Source: Octopus bimaculoides
Lineage: Eukaryota
Direction: 5' to 3'
Length of the DNA: 64,000 nt
Assembly: GCF_001194135.2 (NCBI RefSeq)
Contig: NC_068999.1
Coordinates: 39,278,864-39,342,863, forward strand
In this document: positions 12,750-26,473 of the stretch, one piece after another
Numbering within the stretch: position 1 is the first letter of the stretch
How the letters are laid out: each line of letters opens with the position of its first letter
Translations under genes and position numbers: made by a program
The notes under the pieces: generated by a model
The model's database searches: none
What the model was told of the DNA's origin: nothing
The model's input: the letters and a program-made list of their open reading frames with translations, nothing else

Positions 12750-12854
12750 GGGAAGGAGACGTAAATGAGGGCAGCAATGTCGAACTCCCACCTTCACCAA
12801 AAGTTAATCCCATAAGATTGCCTTTTAAACTCTACAATGGCCACAGTATATTTA

Positions 12855-12988
12855 CAGTAGCACTGTGGTTTTTGACCAACTCTGATTGCGAATAAATCGT
12901 GGTTTATATATAGAGGGAGATAGATATAGATATATATAAAGCACGATTTATTCGTAATCGGAGGTGTTCGTAAACCGAGGCCCTACTG
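12855..12988. mobile_element. Small fold-back MITE, pogo/Tigger-like (CAGT termini)
   Basis: Left arm CAGTAGCACTGTGGTTTTTGACCAACTCTGATTGCGAATAAATCGTG versus reverse complement of right arm CAGTAGGGCCTCGGTTTACGAACACCTCCGATTACGAATAAATCGTG. TA present on the left flank only. Confidence 0.7.
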
Positions 12989-13446
12989 CTTGTGTGTGTG
13001 TGTGTGTGTGTGTTTGTGTATGTGTGTTCGCGTGTGTGTAGAAATTTCTTGTTTCTGTACTGAAAATATGTCAGAAAAATAATCTTGCATCAGATGAAAA
13101 CATGAAACACTAAGAAATACTAGAATTCTTTAAATTTGTTTCATCCTAGAGAAATGTTGATCACTTCAGAAAATGTCTGCAGAAATCTGTGAAGTCAATT
13201 TTCTCTTACTTTGTTTCAAGGAAACTGATCTTCTTGTATGTATTTGGAAGTTTGTCAGTAAAATATGGTTTGTGAAATGAAAATGTAAGAATAAAAAGCA
13301 GCAAAATGTTGCTGAGACAAATGTTGCAAAGAAGACATTTGTTAAAAGAGAATTGGCTATTATGTCCAGACACACACATACGCACACCCATATACATTGT
13401 TATGTTACCATATATATATATACCTACATACATACTCGTATGTGTT

Positions 13447-13500
<54 letters not shown>

Positions 13501-13856
13501 TATGGCTAATATTAATTTTAGAATTATATGTGAAAGAAATATTAAAAACAAAAGAACATTGTGTGATATTGAGACAATAGGAAAAACTATGACAAATTTA
13601 TTATAAAATTCGTTTAGCATATGAATATAAAGTTCTCCTTACGGTTTGTAGCCGAATAATGTCACAGGCTACAGTCACATTCATACATACGTACATGCAC
13701 GCATTTATACACATACATGCATAAATACAAACATGCACACGCATTCACACACACGCACACACATACACACACATGTATACAAACACACATACCCATATGA
13801 AATTCGATAAATCACAATAATGTATATCTTTCTTTTCTTTCCTTTACTTATACATG

Positions 13857-14050
13857 TCATTTGGTTGCAGTTGTGTGGGAGCACCATTTTGAGGGGTTAT
13901 AATCGAACAAATCGACCCCATGAATTATTTTAAAACCTGCTACTCTATCAGTTTCTTTAGCTGAACCGCTAAGGTATGGAGGCGTAAATGCAACATTAGT
14001 TGTCATGTCATCATGGGAGGGGGGACAAACACAGACACAAAGACACTCAT
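13857..14050 (+). mobile_element. Interspersed repeat family 3 (GGAGCACC...GAACCGCTAAG...ACAAACACAGACAC)
   Basis: Homologous to 19590-19790 (minus) and 54306-54470 (plus). Confidence 0.65.
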
Positions 14051-14353
14051 ACACACTCACATGCAATCATTGTGTTTTCAAAAGAGAGTGATGCTGTGGG
14101 TCGATAAAATCTTCTTGGTGTCATATTACCTAGAAATGTGATAAAATTCACATAATCTCAATATCGTGTGTTAAACAAATAATCTTTTTTCCAGGTTTGT
14201 GTATAGAAATTGTCCTGTGATATCCTTAATATCTACGGTAATATTGTTAATATTGTCCTCATTCCTGGAATATTCTAGGCAGAAAGTTTCTAATTATATC
14301 CAACGACTGAGCATTTCAGAATGTTCTCGGCAAACCAGAAAATCTTCATGATA

Positions 14354-14382
14354 TAACCCTAACCCTAACCCTAACCCTAACC
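14354..14382 (-). repeat. Interstitial telomere-type (TTAGGG)n, ~4.8 units
   Basis: TAACCC x4 plus TAACC on the plus strand. Confidence 0.9.
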
Positions 14383-15509
14383 ACAATCTATTTTAGTGTA
14401 ATTCCTTCCCCAAAAAATCTAGATGCTAAACAACTCATCACTAGTTTTCCTATACTCCCATTCGTTAGCCCCAAAATCTAGTATTATAATTATCACATTC
14501 ATATGCGACTCAGTAATGACAGTGATCGTGGTCCCCAAATCTAGAGTCATTTATTATCGAATGACTGGTTATTGAAGGATAGACATTTGCTATATCTGCA
14601 TGCCTCATTGTAGAAATTTCCTCACTTTCATCTCGGGATATCCTTCTTGTTGGTCTAAAGAGACATCACAGAATGGATTAATAGAGAAAAAAAGACTTTT
14701 TTTTCTATGAAACTAATTAAAAACAAATCCTTTTCTAAATATAAATCACTCAGGCTTTGGTGGGTTAATTATGTACACACAGATAAACTCATATTTTAAT
14801 AATGTTGTTTATGTGTTATAAAAGCAAACCTTCGTATCAGCCATCATACACAAACAACTTTGTCTTTGCACATGACAGTGTGTCTTCAAGTAAAGAAGAA
14901 CTATAAGACTTTTCTTTCAAACAAAGTACTTCGTCTTACACAACAATCAATGTTAGTGTAAAGGAAGCTTTATAGTAGCATAATCTCTTTAATAAATCTT
15001 TCGGTCTTTCTATGAATATGTATCTATATGTATATATATTATATATTGCAGACATACACACGCATTCGCACACATACACATAACACACATACACACAACA
15101 CACATACGCATACATATATATGTATATGTATGTGTATATTCTTCTCTTTGAGAAATTATCGATGAATACAAGTTTATATCATTGGTTCCTACCTGCGTCT
15201 CATGATCATGCTTTGGAATATTTTGCTTAGTATTTTCCAAGTTCAATTCAGTGCTAAAACGCGAAAGATCATTCGGCAACTCTTCATTGCATGGTGTTTC
15301 AGGAAATCGTAAAATATAACAAGAGAACTCAGAGAGCGCTAACATCTTCCAAAGTAACACTAAATTCTTCTCCTCTCAACGATTAGCCGGAGATGATTTT
15401 TAAGATGATAATATCTGAAATAAACACTACTGCAGTCACAAACAGGAATACTAAAAATGAATCGGACTGTTCTCAAATAATAAGTAAAAAAAAAATACGG
15501 AAGAATAAT

Positions 15510-15680
15510 CCAAAATCCTTATCCAGTACCGGTTCGATCCGAAAATCTAATCAGTCGAACATCCCAGAAAGTTTCATTCGAATCCTTCCAGCAAATCTTG
15601 AGATATCTTGTCCACGGACAAACAAACGAACAAACACGACTGAAACAATACGTCCGCCTACGCTAAGGCGGAGATAACTA
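15510..15680 (+). mobile_element. Helitron/Helentron-like non-autonomous element, 3' end
   Basis: GATCCGAAAATCTAATCAG...AAGTTTCATTCGAATCC...GAGATATC...ACAAACAAACGAAC followed by a subterminal hairpin TCCGCC-TACGCTAA-GGCGGA (15653-15672). The layout resembles HINE-type ends (from memory). Confidence 0.55.
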
Positions 15681-15845
15681 GCAATAGTGTTTGCTTAAAC
15701 ACTATATTGAAGCAGACTGAACGGTGATAATCTATATGGAGCTTTAAACTTAACAGTGTCAGCTTTACTTACATACGTTAATAGATACATATATATGCAA
15801 ACATATATACGTATACACACGCACGCACACAAACACGTACACAAA

Positions 15846-15899
<54 letters not shown>

Positions 15900-15991
15900 N
15901 NNNNNNNNNNNNNNNNNNNNNNNNNNNNNNNNNNNNNNNNNNNNNNNNNNNNNNNNNNNNNNNNNNNNNNNNNNNNNNNNNNNNNNNNNNN

Positions 15992-16080
<89 letters not shown>

Positions 16081-16612
16081 GATGTTTCGCCCACAATGGA
16101 AAATGTCTATAATGGTATCTTGATGCATTATACAGAGCCAAATCAGTTTTATGAAACCTGAATATTAAATAGCATTTTGGGTGAAATATCGAGATTCCAG
16201 TCTATATATGCGCAGACAATTTCATAGTGGAATGGTCAGATGAAACTATATCAGAGTCTGTAAACAGAATGTGTCTACAGGATAAAGACACCGTCTGTAA
16301 TGGGAATGGGAAATGCAGAAGAATAGCAGAGGTGAGCAGAGGTCAGTAATATGTTTTCATGTGAAAAATAGAACTATGGATTCTTGCCAAATTTAGAAAA
16401 TGAGTTTCAGGTGTAAGAAAGTGATGGCACCGATGCTGTCTTTCCGCTTTTTTCACTTTCATTTCCTATTTTTCTATATCTTCTATTTCTGTAATTGCTA
16501 GAGATTAATTGCAACCAGTCATGTACATTGCATATACACAAAAACACAGACATTTATATACATACATGCATACAAACACATACAATCACACATAAACACC
16601 CACATACACACA

Positions 16613-16985
16613 TATTGGGTCATCTCATAAATAATGCGGTTTCTTTATACTTCTTTTATTTTTCAAAATTAAGATAAACAAATTTCTTTTTTAAACTAAA
16701 ATATACACTTCTTTATTTTCTACAATGCTCTTCCAACAACTATCAGGCAGACTTGTAAGATCTTTCTTCCAAATTCCACTTGTCCTTGACGAAAATTACT
16801 CCTCCAATACAGTTCTCAACTCGTCTACAGAATTCATATTTTTTTCCCTCCAAATGATTCTGAAGACTGCGAAATAAATTATAATGAGATGGGGAACTGT
16901 CCAGCGAATATGGTGGGTGGAACATCTATTTCCTTCCATTACTAATTCATTCTTCATGGTCGCTTAGCCCTTGCAATTGCTATTA
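16613..16985 (-). mobile_element. Mariner transposase C-terminal relic with right TIR
   Basis: HPPYSLDSSPSHYNLFRSLQNHLEGKKY corresponds to the YSPDLAPSDY region. TIR TA-TTGGGTCATCTCATAAATAATGCGGTTT at 16613 resembles mariner TIRs. Frameshifted. Confidence 0.85.
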
Positions 16986-17556
16986 CCTGACCTTCAAGAG
17001 TTTACTGGTCATTCAGTTGACGAACTTACCTTACATGTTCATATACATCGTTCTATATAGATCTACATATATACACACCGATATATATATATATATANNN
17101 NNNNNNNNNNNNNNNNNNNNNNNNNNNNNNNNNNNNNNNNNNNNNNNNNNNNNNNNNNNNNNNNNNNNNNNNNNNNNNNNNNNNNNNNNNNNNNNNNNNN
17201 NNNNNNNNNNNNNNNNNNNNNNNNNNNNNNNNNNNNNNNNNNNNNNNNNNNNNNNNNNNNNNNNNNNNNNNNNNNNNNNNNNNNNNNNNNNNNNNNNNNN
17301 NNNNNNNNNNNNNNNNNNNNNNNNNNNNNNNNNNNNNNNNNNNNNNNNNNNNNNNNNNNNNNNNNNNNNNNNNNNNNNNNNNNNNNNNNNNNNNNNNNNN
17401 NNNNNNNNNNNNNNNNNNNNNNNNNNNNNNNNNNNNNNNNNNNNNNNNNNNNNNNNNNNNNNNNNNNNNNNNNNNNNNNNNNNNNNNNNNNNNNNNNNNN
17501 NNNNNNNNNNNNNNNNNNNNNNNNNNNNNNNNNNNNNNNNNNNNNNNNNNNNNNNN

Positions 17557-17588
<32 letters not shown>

Positions 17589-18197
17589 ACAGTGGGAGAG
17601 AGAGATAAGTATATACGTGTATATATATATTTATATATATATATACTTGTAGACAAATGTGATATTAAAAACGTAGAAATTAAAAATAATATTTTAGCCA
17701 CTCTCTTTTTGCGTGCGTAATGTTCATACAGACATTCCTTCTGATTGATCAAGATAACATGATATACAATGTATTCTAGAAAATAAATGTGCGTTAATAA
17801 CGCTATCATATTTTGTTGAGACCAGTAATGACATGTTACACCTCATGACAATCATAGGGATCTATTCGCCTATGAATCATGTAAATCACAATGTAAATCA
17901 TTCTTGCGAAGTATCTAATATTACATCAGTAACAAGATCAACGTGGAAATGGTTTCCCTAATTTGCATAACATTTGGGGCGTTGGCGAATTAAATTAAGA
18001 CGCAAAATTCTCTTGTTGCAAACGAATTCTTTTTGATAAAAAGTCTCGAAGCATCCTTTTATTAGAAATAAATGATCTCAGAGGAAAGCTACACACCTGA
18101 TTTTATCTGATAAGTCTCCTTATCATATAACCGAGGAGTATTGCTTAATATCTTCTCATTCACGTGCACATCCATGCATACACACGTACATATATAC

Positions 18198-18240
<43 letters not shown>

Positions 18241-18363
18241 CGCGTGTGTGTATGTATATGCATAGATAGATATAGCATATATATATATGTATATATATGT
18301 ATGTATGTGTGTGTGTATGTGCGTGTGTGCATTCATCTATATATGTGTGTGTGTATGCATATG

Positions 18364-18399
<36 letters not shown>

Positions 18400-19497
18400 G
18401 TGTGTGCATGTGTGTATGTATACATATACAATCACACAGACGCACGTAAATGGAGCTTATATTCAGATGTGAAGAAGGGTGATGAACATTTTTAAAAAGT
18501 AAAAAAATATATATATATTATACGAAAATATACCATTAAGAAAATACATTTGTGCTAAATTATTGCCGAAAACAAGAAGTTGCAAGTCAATTATTATGTC
18601 CCACTGTACAGGGTAACTGAAGAAAAAAAAAGATTCTGTAGAAGATACGTGCAATACTTGTTACACGGCATAAACGTCGGGAAGAAAAAGAAAGTGTTAA
18701 ATCGATAATGGAAAGCATAGATGGAAGTTGTGGCAACTGATAAGCTCCGATTCATTCGTGTAGGATGTCATGAACATAAAACAGAGAGCAAATTATGTGA
18801 CGTGCATATATCTATACTCACATACCTGTAATGTTTATACTAAAATGTATATGCATATATGAAAACAATCCCCTGATAAAATAAGCCTCACATATTACAA
18901 AATAGTGGTGTAAGAAAAGAATTAATGAAAGTGCTGTAGGAATGATATCATTGAAATAGTTTTATGATTTGCGTTTGTTTCACATATACGCATTCACACA
19001 CGAGCATACGAATAGAAACATGCACACCTGAAGTACAAGCATCTCTTGTAATATAAGTAGAATATGAGAAAATATTCATCCGAAATGCGACAAGTATCGT
19101 CACTGTTTTAAGCACTTTAGCGTCATGTACCTGTGATCATTAGTATCGCTACGTTTGTTGACGGCAAAATATGAAGTGGTTACAATCCTCTAGTTGTAGT
19201 CATAATATGAATGGATGTAAATTGTCCCTCCGATGATTTGGAATACAGCTATCAGCTATAACTTGTGTGAAAGTATTAAGGCTTCATTGTGTTGGGAATA
19301 AATACACACACTTTCATATACATTGAACATGTTCAGCTAGATCAGAGCAACCAAAGTATACGACTGGTATCATATGCATGTACGCACATTATTACTTGAT
19401 GCGCAAGACATCCACCTACGTATGCAAGATTCTAGACAAATCGACACACACACACACACACACACACACACATTTATGGTTATTCATCTATCTCTTA

Positions 19498-19529
<32 letters not shown>

Positions 19530-19530
19530 G

Positions 19531-19583
<53 letters not shown>

Positions 19584-19589
19584 ATGTTT

Positions 19590-19779
19590 GTGTGTTTGTC
19601 TTTGTCTCACACCATCGATTGACATCCGATGTTGGTGTGTTTACGTCCCCATATCTTAGCGGTTTGGCAAAAGGTACCGATAGAATAAGTACTAGGATTA
19701 CAAAGAATAAGTCCTGGAGTCCGATTTTTACCACTAAAGACGGTGCTCCAGCATGGCAGTAGTCAAATGACTGAAGCAA

Positions 19780-19790
<11 letters not shown>
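19590..19790 (-). mobile_element. Interspersed repeat family 3
   Basis: CTTAGCGGTTTGGC...AGAATAAGTACTAGG...GGTGCTCCAGCATGGC...TCAAATGACTGAA. Confidence 0.75.
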
Positions 19791-19825
<35 letters not shown>

Positions 19826-20786
19826 ATATATACATTTTAAAAAATATATATATATTTATATGCATATATATATATATATACACACACAATTTTACCGGTG
19901 AGTGTGTTAAATTATAAGGCGCAAAAAGAAAATTACTCTCTCCAGACACAATAGTATATATATATACATATATACATTTACTTCTATATGATTATATTTA
20001 TATATATGTGTGTATATGAAGAATACGCATACAAACACACACACACACACAAAGAAACATATATACATTTTTATATTTATGCGTATATATATATCTATGT
20101 AGGTATAAAAATATGTATATTTATATGCTTATATTTATGTACATGGAGAAAGCACACACACACGCATACAGACATATATGTATGGATATATGCATGTATA
20201 CGTGTGTAAATATTTATGCCTTCTATTATATTTCCCTAGGCATGTATGTATATTATGTATTACTTATCATAATAAATAGCGGTAAATCACCCTGAGGTCG
20301 TTGTTTCTGTTCGTATTTTAATAATATTTATTCAGTTTTGCGAATTTTTATGTCATTTTTGCGATACATTATGTGTACATTTAGTTATTAATGCTTAAAT
20401 GTCTAAATTTTTGTGTCTCTTCAGTTTCTCTCTAACTCTCTCAGGCTCTCTCATTTTCTCTCTTTTTCGCATTATATATTTATATATATACATATATATA
20501 TAAAACACAGGCGAGGCACACAGACTCATACGACAATAAACGCGCATGTATATGATACTGACATAGATTTTTCTTAAAATTATATAAGTGTATGTTTGTG
20601 TGTCTACATCAGTGTGTATGTGTGGGGTGTGTGTGTGTGGAGGGGTGTTGTGTATGTGTGCGTGTGCGTGTATGCTTAAATAAATAAACGTGCATATATG
20701 TAGACAGATATCTACGAAGACACATACATAATGATATGGCATATATGCATATATGATATGTGTGTGTATATGTATATGCATGTATG

Positions 20787-20873
<87 letters not shown>

Positions 20874-21758
20874 ATTATATATTTACATATATAATGCATA
20901 ATATATTTTCTCTCTCTCTCTCTCTCTTTCACTCTCTCTGTGTATATGTGTGTGTGTGTGCGTGTGTTTATGTGCGTGTGTACGTTTAGGATATTTATAA
21001 ACTGAAAAAATATCAGGGATCTAAGATTGTGCACATGGATTACATCTCATATATAGCCTACTATTTTAGTTATATCCTACATATACTAATTCCACTACTA
21101 TACCATCCGCAATCCCCATCACCACCATTATCCACACCCTCAGCGCTCTGATTTTCCCCATCACCGATAACATGCGCATAATTCTCAGATTTCTCTCTCT
21201 GTATATATATATATATATATATATTCCTTCCAGGAGATCGTTCACCTTTTGTGTGATGCAATACACTAATCTTGGATGTTTTTCTCACAAGTCTTACGTT
21301 TTTTTTCTTCTTTGCCTTTTCATTTGCTTTCTTTTTGTTGGAGAAGATTATTAAACTTGGAAAATAACTACAAGAACAAAAACAAGGACAATAACAACTG
21401 GAAATAATAAACAAGAACAACATTACCCAGAACGGCAACAACAACAACAACAACAAAATAAGACAGCAACGGGAAGAAGAGCAAATAAAGTTGTTAAACA
21501 CATATAATGCTATGTTTGCATGTATTTTGGCGTTATTCTTGCTTTTCTTGTCAGTTGCATTTTTTTTTATAACATCTTAACTTTACCTACGCTGTTTTCA
21601 TTCCAATACTTTTGTCTCCTGAAGGAAACTTTTAAGACAGTGTTAAACAAAAAAGAACTAGATAAATGGTGGAAAAATAAGAATATATATATACATACAT
21701 GACAGCAGCAACATAAGCATCTAAAACAATAGCAACAACAACAACTATTGTACAACTA

Positions 21759-21801
<43 letters not shown>

Positions 21802-23384
21802 TAGTAACACGAATATTATCAACTAGAAACTTTACATTTGATGTGTGAAGTTGCTTATGAACATTAAACTGATTCAAAACTGCAAACAAAACGTGACTTG
21901 CCACTCTCTTTGTTTACGTGACTGGCACAGACAGCTTTGATTAAATGCTTGCAAACACATAGCTAGTCATTAAAATATTATATAGCAGAGCTTTAACGAA
22001 AATGCATTTGGTCAGCTGGGAGAGGGGCGAGGTTTTTATTTCGCTCACATAAATAGCAAAACTATGAAAACTAAATCTTCTTGTACACGACTATAGCAAT
22101 TGTGTAAATATCGATTTTCTTACTGACCAAGTGTGAACCGATAATCCTAAGAGGATACGCCCATAGCATTCATTGAAATACATCAAGCCGTTACAGGTTC
22201 GTGTATAGATTGCGCTCTGCCCAGGCTTTATTCGTTAGGTGTTTTCTCTCTATTGGTAGATATACTTACCATACTCGGAATAATCAGTTTGCAGTTGTAG
22301 CAACTTCGGCTTATAGTAGACATTCTTTCAAGTAATAATGCAATATTTTTGTAACAAAGAGTCTGGCCTCTGGACTGTTTCATAATCTCCGGAAGTGTTG
22401 ATAAAATTGGTGAAATTTCTTTTCAGTGACATAGCCCGAACGTCTTTGCATTTATTGTTCTTTCTTTATAACTCTGGTTTTTCCAAATTTTAATGTTGTG
22501 TTTTTCTTCATTTCCTGTAGTAGACTTTTCAAAGTTGTCTCTTCTTATAAACTGAATTTCAATGCAACCAGATTACATTTTGACAGGTATATGGTGCACT
22601 AACTTTCATCAGTAGCCCTGTTGGCCGACGCTGATGGATTGTTGTCTTTGATCTATTGAGCTGCTAAACTCTGGGTGATCCATTTCTGTGGACTGTATAA
22701 CTCACGCATGTACCTTCTGTTGCGACTGAAAAATCTTCTTTCACACTGCATTCTGACAATTTAGGTACTTGGTCCTTTGGATTTGTCTATGACTTTCTGG
22801 TTGCCATGTATTATTTTCTAGGGGACATACATTCTGAATGGCGTTTGTATTTCTGTTGTATTACGGTTGTTATTTCTGTTGACTTTCCTCCTTTCTCGGA
22901 TCTCATTCTCTTTTCGGTTCCCAGTGTTCAGCATGGTTGAATTCCTGTTTTTTCGTTTTCCATTGAAGATCTCTGCCGTGACGGTAAGTGACTTTCCGTT
23001 GGGATTGTTCTTAGGCAGAGAAGAACCATTTGACTGTTTTGCTATTTTGATAACATTTTTACTTTATTTGGACTATTCGTTCAATTATTCCCCAATACGC
23101 ATTATAATCCGTATGAGTAGAAAATTAATATCAACTTAATAAAAAGCGAAACTAAATGCTATGTTTTAATGAAATCTTAGAAGGTTTACTGCAACGTACG
23201 TAATCGGGCTGTAGGGACGGGGAATTTGTTACGTAGTAAAACTGTATTACACAAACAACATCAACATCGCACCATTACTTCCTTGCCTGGGTTTGTTTGA
23301 CTTAACCCTATTGAAATTTATTTACTTCCATTCATCACGTCTTATCTGTATTTTTCTTGTTTTTTTTTTTTATACAATCTCACG

Positions 23385-23645
23385 ACTCTCCCCACAGATT
23401 TCGATTCCCCGACCGGCTGTGTTTTGTGTTTTGGAGCAAGACATGTATTTCATGTTGCTCCAGTTTGCTTAGTCTGTAGAAATAGCTTGCGATGTCACTG
23501 TTGCCAAGATCTGTCGGCAAGATCGGTGTCGAGAAAAGGAGCGACTGATAATTCATGGGCGACAACTGGTTTTCCATAAAACAACCTCACACAGTCATGT
23601 GTCTTGGAGGGTAACATTCTAGGTGCCATCCCATGGTGTTTGACG
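23385..23645 (+). mobile_element. SINE family 4 (tRNA B-box-like TTCGATTCCC head)
   Basis: TTCGATTCCCCGACCGGCTGTGTTTTGTGTTTTGGAGCAAGACA...TTGCTCCAGTT...GGAGGGTAACATTCTAGGTGCCATCCCATGG; followed by (CA)n at ~23690-23776. Confidence 0.6.
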
Positions 23646-23692
23646 TTATGTATATACAGATATCAAAGAGAGTAAAGGCACACATACACACA

Positions 23693-23777
<85 letters not shown>

Positions 23778-24204
23778 CGAATCCTGATTATATTTAATCA
23801 TAAAGGCACTTATTCTAAAAAATATCAAAAGCAAATGGCCCATTTGCCAAATGAAACAGTGGAAGAGAGAGGCAACAAACAAAATAGAAATAGAAGAGCA
23901 AAAACCCGCAAACATCATAGAAACACTGAATATAGACATCGAGAGAGAGGATGACGGGAAATCGTTCGCTTCTAAAGTGATGTTAGTATACTTTAATGAT
24001 TTAACGACTGAAATAGGTGCTAGGAAACATAGCAACAGCGTGATTATATATCAAACAGTATGATGTAATTGAAGTAATACTGCGCATTGTGTCTATCATG
24101 AATTTTCTCGATAAAAATATAAAGATAATTCTTGCTTTGTATACGACTCGTGTCTACGTACTAACACACAGAAGGTGTGCATATCTACATATGTACAAAC
24201 ATTA

Positions 24205-24238
<34 letters not shown>

Positions 24239-24563
24239 ACAAACACACACACACACAAACATATATATCGACATACACACACATATATAGTGATAGAAAC
24301 ATATACTTGTTTGTGTGTTTGTGTGTGTTTGTCTGTGTTGATATGTGTATATTTGTGCGTGTTTGCATATGTGCATGAGTATGTAAGTGTGTGTTCGAAC
24401 AAATTCCTGCATTAATTTAAAGATACATAGCAAAATAGTTATATGTCTATGCGTATACAAGTCTTCAACCATACAATCTTGTATACACACTGTAAACGTA
24501 CACACGCACGCAGACACCAACACACAAACACACACTAACATACACACATACGTATATATATAT

Positions 24564-24603
<40 letters not shown>

Positions 24604-26299
24604 GTATATATATATAATGTATGTATACTTGTATTCCTATAAATGTGTGTTCGATAGAAAACTTTATTAGACTGATGACAAATGTTGTTGTATTCAACTT
24701 ACCAGTGTTTCTTAATTTTAATATATGTGGCGCCAAGCTTTTTGTAAATTCATGCGTCATATTTTGTTGCTATGTTCAAAGAATATGAAGAAAGATGAGG
24801 CAACCGAATGCGTGTTCATTCATTGTTGACGGATTAACATTTTGCTCCACCAAAAACGCAGCTTCACTTCACTGTACAAATGGGCAAAAATCTATGAATC
24901 ATGGCGCTAAAAGTAGCAAAAATAATCATAAATATCAAATTAGATGCTATGACCAATTTGGCATTACTTTCATTGTTTGTGTGAAAAACTTGTATCATTA
25001 TATTACATTACTCTGTCGGATGGAAAGGTTTTACCAAAATGGTATTGTTCTTATCTTCAAACTGTATCTAGATATTCTTTGTTCCTAACTAAATATACGA
25101 TGACCTGCCTGCTTGGATTTGTTCTCGAAAGCAGGATTCCCTAAGTATAAATTGAAAAAGAGATTCAAAGAAAAAGAGAATAACAGCTCAGTATGGATTA
25201 TATGCAAGCACATGAGTGATTAGTTTTAGATAGAAAACCACTGATCACTATCAATATGTATGTATGCACACATACACATATCTATATACAAACATACACA
25301 CATACATATGTACATAAATACATGCGTACATACGTACATATGTACATAGATATTTACACACACATACACCCACATACATATACCCACACACATACACCCA
25401 CACGGTTTACTGTTTCGGTATATGTAGGATCAACAAAAAGGTACTCCATCCACTGACAGATAAATATCGTTTATATGTATGTTTAAGTGCAAGCGTACGT
25501 ATTTAGAAATTCTAATAAATTATTTTGATACAGCCACAAAATATAAAACATTATTTTTCTTAACAATAAAATGTTGTTAATTACATAAAATTGTTTAACT
25601 ATATTGATTTACTTCGACCTGGTGGAAGATAGTATTTGTGTACGCGCTATCATAGTTTTCAGCTTCTGATTCACATGTAGTTTAGTGCAACGCTCACCAG
25701 ATATGCACATATGCCATGTATGTGTATATATGTATGAATGCATGTACGCATGTATGTATGTATTAGCTATGTAATTAGGCATGGTTAATTACCCCACTAA
25801 GTTTACGATTTGTTTTTATCACATGTGGAATTTGAATACGCAAACAATAGGAAATATATGCGACCACAAATATGCCTGCTTAATTTTAAGAGACACGATC
25901 GGAGATTTAATTGGTAATTGTAGCAATTTCAATAACGGCTTTAAACTTTCTTTCATGGAGGCTCACTCACTTCTGTGTTATGCTCTTATTTTAATTCCTA
26001 CAAAGCCTCACTGATGATATTATGAATTTCAAATCTTGATAAATTTCCTTATGCTAAATAACTTGTACATTTTTTATGAAACAAGGACAGATAGAAGGCA
26101 ACATCTGGATATCGAACTTGGAAAACAGCATCAGTTCTTCGGCTATTTACCATGTTTTACATCGTACTAACATTCCTTCACGCTTTTTGGTCTCTTCCAA
26201 ATAATAAAGGTTTCACAGATTTGCTCCATACCAGTAATTTTAGGTGAGTAGGTAGTTGATCAATTAGATTGCTTGCACGGCTCAGCTGATAATTATTCT

Positions 26300-26420
26300 A
26301 TCACCCGTAAAAGATGAGAGGTAAAGACGACCTCGGCAGAATTTGAACTCAGAACGTAAGGACGGGCGAAAATACCGCAAAGGTAATCAACTGACTGAAT
26401 TCCCACCATTCAGCCAGCTG
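26300..26420 (-). mobile_element. SINE family 2, partial
   Basis: GACCTCGGCAGAATTTGAACTCAGAACGTAAG matches 33150-33180. Confidence 0.6.
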
Positions 26421-26423
26421 ATT

Positions 26424-26473
<50 letters not shown>

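Noticed and set aside
24795-25088. Possible fourth mariner C-terminal relic (STKNAA..., KIYESWR, RFYQNGIVL)
   Set aside because: Motif matches are too short and need several frameshifts; no TIR was found.
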